From Phoronis australis (taxonomy: Eukaryota > Animalia > Phoronida): a stretch of DNA of 64,000 nt. The stretch is taken from contig NMRA01000002.1 of the NCBI GenBank assembly GCA_002633005.1, positions 1,643,023-1,707,022 of the forward strand, read 5' to 3'. Within the stretch, counting starts at the first letter, position 1. Every line of letters starts with the position of its first letter. The notes beneath the pieces were generated by a model. It was not told the origin of the DNA and did no database searches. It worked only from the letters and a program-made list of their open reading frames with translations. This document shows, piece by piece, positions 59,901 through 64,000 of the stretch. The position numbers and the translations under genes are program-made.

Positions 59901-60072
59901 TCAGCTTGTGTGTCACTGTGCTATGTACTGTCCAGTATCAAATTGACTGTGTAGATCACGCAATGTAACAGCTATCACTTCAATTTGTACGCTAAGAATA
60001 GCTATCCTTGCACCCTACGCCTTCTGTGCTGCGACAATACCTAATTACTAAGTCTGGGAATTACAAGTCAAA
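53976..60072 (+). mobile_element. Near full-length but decayed non-LTR retrotransposon (ORF1 coiled coil, APE endonuclease, RT, C-terminal Zn knuckle); clade uncertain (RTEX/Proto2/L2-like)
   Basis: Coiled-coil ORF at 54455-54706; endonuclease motifs CLQ*HWL and ILCGDFNAS (about 55640-56000); RT motifs NYRRVTVTNTFLKLLENIL, QSTLQF.F, IDTQKALDVV, QGVCQG; C-terminal KARLLTVTYTLQSNRA..CPL...DETRHHFVYTC. Many stops and frameshifts; the 3' boundary is approximate. Confidence 0.85.
59108..59590 (+). mobile_element. hAT MITE inserted in the 3' part of the LINE
   Basis: TIRs caggcctttatgcagca / tcctggataaaggcctg; perfect 8-bp TSD gttagtgg (59100-59107, 59591-59598). Confidence 0.92.
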
Positions 60073-60188
60073 AACATGGCAGTATCTACCGGGAAATTTG
60101 TCAATAAAATACTGAGGGAATGGGGTAGGAGACATTTTCGTGTATTTTTGGAATGATAACGATGTGAAGAATTGAACGATACCAAAAT

Positions 60189-60261
60189 CATGGGCGGCGC
60201 ACCATAGGGGGCTGGGGGGGGGGGCTATAGCCCCACTTTTTTCAGTGCTACGCCGCCCATG
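60189..60261. mobile_element. 73-bp mini TIR element
   Basis: catgggcggcg ... cgccgcccatg perfect 11-bp TIR; related copy at 9656-9745. Confidence 0.7.
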
Positions 60262-60928
60262 GTCTATATGGGCGGTAGTACACCACATGGGGGGCCAGAG
60301 GGCTATCTCACTGGATCCCTGCGTATCTGCTAAGTGGCACAGAACACACAGCACAGGTATCATTCAGCAGCACATGTTTTATCACTGTTTAATGTAACCT
60401 TGGAAGTAATTGCCAAGCTTTCCAAGAAAGAAAGCAATTTTTAGCCTTGTCATTGCAGTATTGAGAGTATTGCCCCCTGACCCCCCACTTTTTCAGTGCT
60501 GCGACATATTGTGAACAATTACCCAGTTTGGCGCAGGCATTAGTTTGGATCCACTTTAAGAATATGAGGCAGGGAAAACTTTACCGTTTAAAGGCGCAGA
60601 AATGGCTCTATGCAGTTCAAAATATGGAACAAGAAGTTCATCACACACTTTTTGACACAAAGGTCACCATTTTGCATTTAGCGACCTCTTCTGGTTGAGG
60701 TGAAGGTCGTTTACTTTTAAAATCTACTCATTTATTGTAATGTTCATGTATCTACTGAAACTTTAGCTCCCAATGATAGTTTATGTTAAATTTCATAATC
60801 TCAGTCAAACATAATGTGCACGTAAACAAGAAAAAATTTCATAAACTGACAGAAGACCAAAGTTAACCTTAACTCTCGAAAAGTCGCGCGTACAAACGAG
60901 ACCGAACTCCAAGGATACAGCTTCAACA

Positions 60929-63267
60929 ATGGCGGGAGGCAAAATTTCACCTGGCAGGATGTCCGAGGCAGAATCGTTGCTCGAAGGACAGAGATTGTCT
61001 CTCTACGATGTTGTAGATGAGAACAATAAAACCATGAATAAAGTAAGAGAATTGACATTGCACTTTGGTTTGCATGACCAAACACTTTGCTACATTGGCT
61101 TTATTCAAAAATGCCCTTTAAAAAATTAAACTGATTGAGTGTCTTGCCTTTTGCCTGTGGAAGGCAAAAACGAGAACGAATCGAAGTAAAAAACCTGAAA
61201 ATGTGACCCTTTGGGCCTTAGTCCTTAGCATAGCCAGCTAGCTAGCCAGGTAACTATGGAGACTGCCAAACAGATAGGAACCGATGAATGTTAATCTCAC
61301 AAAGACCTCGAAATTTCACACCACCTGGTCCTGGGCCGGACTGGGTAGTTCTGCTCACCACTTTGTTGTGAAATGTTTTGAAGTAGAGCTAATGACTACT
61401 GGGGTGCATACCCAATCTGGGAGTCAGTTGACAATCACTATGGCCATTACAGCCATTTAAGTGGAAAACAATCCAATAACTGTCATTTTCTTGCATATAA
61501 TTTCTGGTGTTAACAAGGAAAAGTCTGTCCTTTACTTCAATTAAAGTCCGCTTGTAAAATGCGTACGTGCCATTGCAAATTTTTTGCAACATCTTTCGGG
61601 AGCTGATGACAACTTCATTGAAGCAAAATTTGCTTGGAAATTTGGTTTGCTGGTATTAAAATACTAAAAACGAATAATGAAGTGAATCTAGTTTTGATAA
61701 TTTCTTGTGACATGTATACATCCTCGCTCCACAACATTAGCTGCAGAATAATGGTACAACAGTAATTTTTTAGCAGCGGTAACTGACTATGTTTACTCAA
61801 GGAAGAGTTAAGTTTTTCATGATGTTAATTTTCGCAGATTTTATTTGGCTATTTTTTTCTCATTGGTGCAAAGCTGTACATATTTATCTATTGGGAAATG
61901 ACAGCCGTTCATCGAAACAAAATTTGCTCAGGAATTAAGTTTGCTGGTAATATTAGCTAAAAACTTAAAATGAATTGAAACCATTTCTGATATTTATTTT
62001 GAACTGTATGCAACCTTTTGGAAGAAAATCAGTTGATTGATAAATCAACGAAAAACAAATTAGCTAATAGCCACGCTCTATTCCATGATACTATGCTTTA
62101 TATCGCTCCACAAACTGACCAACAGAATAACAGTACAACTGTATTTTTTTCAGCTCCCATGATCCATTTGCTTTTCTCAACTAAGAGTGTAGTTTTCAAC
62201 GGCATTAATATTGAGTTAGATTGTATTACATCAATTTTTTACCTCCATCGCTCCAAATTAAGCTTTATTTTATCATTTGGAAAGTAAATCTGTTGAGAAA
62301 CTCCATTGTAGGGTCATTGCTAGTGTGCTTACACCCCATCAGGGCAGTTGAGTGGATGCCAAGGGGAATTCCCTGTCATAATGGCTGAGTGCAAGTGCAG
62401 TTCACCATCAGAATACTACTAGAATGGCCCGTCATGATTGGTTATCTGTCATTGCGGAAAGCTTTTTTCGCCAGATTACTTTTGACATACTATTTTTAGT
62501 TCTACTATAAAGCATGACATTTTTATGCCTCTCTTGCACTAGCTGTCGGTACTCATGTTATTGCTCACCATGACATTTCAATTCCCATCAGAGATTTAAT
62601 GACTGTACACATATATATTTCCTAGTCTACTGTGCTCATTCTGTGATTGATATTTTTGCAGAAAGGGATCATCAACCGTACTGTGATAGTTGCCCAATTA
62701 CGTGAAGATCTTCAAGGAGATGAAAACTTAGGAAGTGAGTATATCGTGTTGCTTCACTGGTATATACTGTACACATCTGGGATAATGCTCTTCAACTATG
62801 GCTCTTGGGCTCCCGGAAGTTGTGAACCTTCACTTTTAAACATTCACTGATATTTTGTTTAACACGCATTCCCAGTTTACATGGCCGAGTCTTCCTTGAA
62901 ACGTCTCATGTCTGCGAGTGCCCATCTGATCTGAATTTTAAGTCCAAAACATTTGAAACTCGTTTACATTTTAGTAATGAGTACTTAGCTTCAGTGGCAG
63001 CTTTCCTTAATCTGGGAGACAAGCGACTATATATTTTGTTTCTCTATCATTGCATGCGAGTCGTTTGCATTTTTCCTGAATTTTTGTACTGTTCAGACAA
63101 ACTCCCACCCCTGACTTCTAAACAATATTGATAATAGTTTGATTATGTAATTCTTATTTTCAGTTTATTATGACAAATACTTCAAAGAGCTGTACAACTC
63201 TCAGAACATAGAACCCTGCACTGGTCTGATGCTGATATATCCTAATTTATGTGTTTTTGTATTAGAG
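60929..63267 (+). CDS. TEX47: Testis-expressed protein 47 (C7orf62, BLUF-like fold), first three exons; continues beyond the window
   Basis: Exons 60929-61042, 62662-62734, 63164-63267 join in frame: ..RLSLYDVVDENNKTMNKKGIINRTVIVAQL..LGIYYDKYFKEL..EPCTGLMLIYPNLCVFVLE, resembling the TEX47 'TGLLLIYP..HILE' signature. Confidence 0.8.
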
Positions 63268-63674
63268 GTGAGACTTGACTTGTAATCTGTTCATTTAATT
63301 AGTATTGTGTGCTTAGTTTTAATTGATCTTTTCATGGGAAAAATATTAACTTTGGGTTTTCCTTAGACAAATACATCTCATTATTAAGTTGCACACTTTT
63401 CTTCATCTGTCCTAGATATGGCAGCTATGTTACATGCAGAAAGGCTACACGTTTTTTTCACTTGCTAAGTACAACACTATCATTTTACACTAAAAATATA
63501 AATAGCACCACTCGGTAATACTGTTATTTCAATCAAAAGAAAAAGGTCACTTTCAAACATGGCTGTCACAAAATCTTTGAATTCAAGTAGGAGAGCACTA
63601 ATCTTGAGTTGATCTGATTCCTTCTATTTTTGTCAGTGGTCATAAGCCAACATTAGGGTTGTGTTATCTTACTG

Positions 63675-63765
63675 ATATCCTGTTGTAGTTATCTCCTCAT
63701 GTAACCACATACAGTATATTTAGGTTGTAGTTATCTCCTCATGTAACCACATACGGTATTTTCAG
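63675..63765. repeat. Tandem duplication of about 43 bp
   Basis: gttgtagttatctcctcatgtaaccacatac present twice. Confidence 0.85.
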
Positions 63766-64000
63766 ATGAAAAAGACTTGCCATTATCTTGTAATATGAGA
63801 TACTAAAAGCAATGTCAAGTGATAATTTCTGGTTTTGATAACTGGGTTTCATTTTGTCTGCTTCAGTAACTCATGACATGTCATTAATTTCCATGGCATG
63901 ATGTTTAGCAGTTCTTGGTGAGCTGACTCAATCATGGCTGAGCCAGTGTCTCCATCTGGTGACTGTGATTAGCACTTCAAGAATTGGATTATGTCCCCAT

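Larger units (their letters stand above)
53364..60524. mobile_element. Second copy of the 22043-22816 foldback MITE, split by a LINE
   Basis: Termini gggataattgttt / gaacaattaccc with agttt on both flanks. Homology to copy 1 breaks at ttcaaca (53975) and resumes at aacatgg (about 60073). Confidence 0.75.
53095..60554. mobile_element. Outer TIR element whose halves are separated by nested insertions
   Basis: gtggaccaaactgatacctgcgccaaactg (53095) is the reverse complement of cagtttggcgcaggcattagtttggatccac (ends 60554); internal palindrome at 53160-53365. Confidence 0.7.

Overview
AT-rich, intron-containing eukaryotic (animal) genomic DNA, probably a marine invertebrate such as a lophotrochozoan (inferred from gene content and repeat types only). 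I reconstructed nine protein-coding genes exon by exon from GT-AG sites and reading-frame phase: ARPC1 (3' part, +), PTCD1 (+), TVP23 (-), PLD6/zucchini (+), STK19/WHR1 (-), DXO (+), PDRG1 (-), GPANK1 (-) and TEX47 (5' part, +). TVP23/PLD6 and STK19/DXO are head-to-head pairs with compact bidirectional promoters. Introns and intergenic DNA carry many MITEs, two decayed LINEs and tandem repeats. Highlights: (1) a miniature non-autonomous LTR retrotransposon (TRIM) in TVP23 intron 2, whose LTRs each contain a 72-nt tRNA-like Pol III cassette, with a tRNA-Lys PBS, a PPT and a TSD; (2) GPANK1 and PDRG1 are arranged so that PDRG1 seems to lack its own promoter (shared leader exon, nesting or operon-like processing); (3) STK19-DXO-GPANK1 are vertebrate MHC class III genes, with a perfect kappa-B site in the STK19/DXO promoter; (4) a four-level nest of transposons at 53.1-60.6 kb. 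A duplicated STK19 exon flanking an N gap is probably an assembly artefact.
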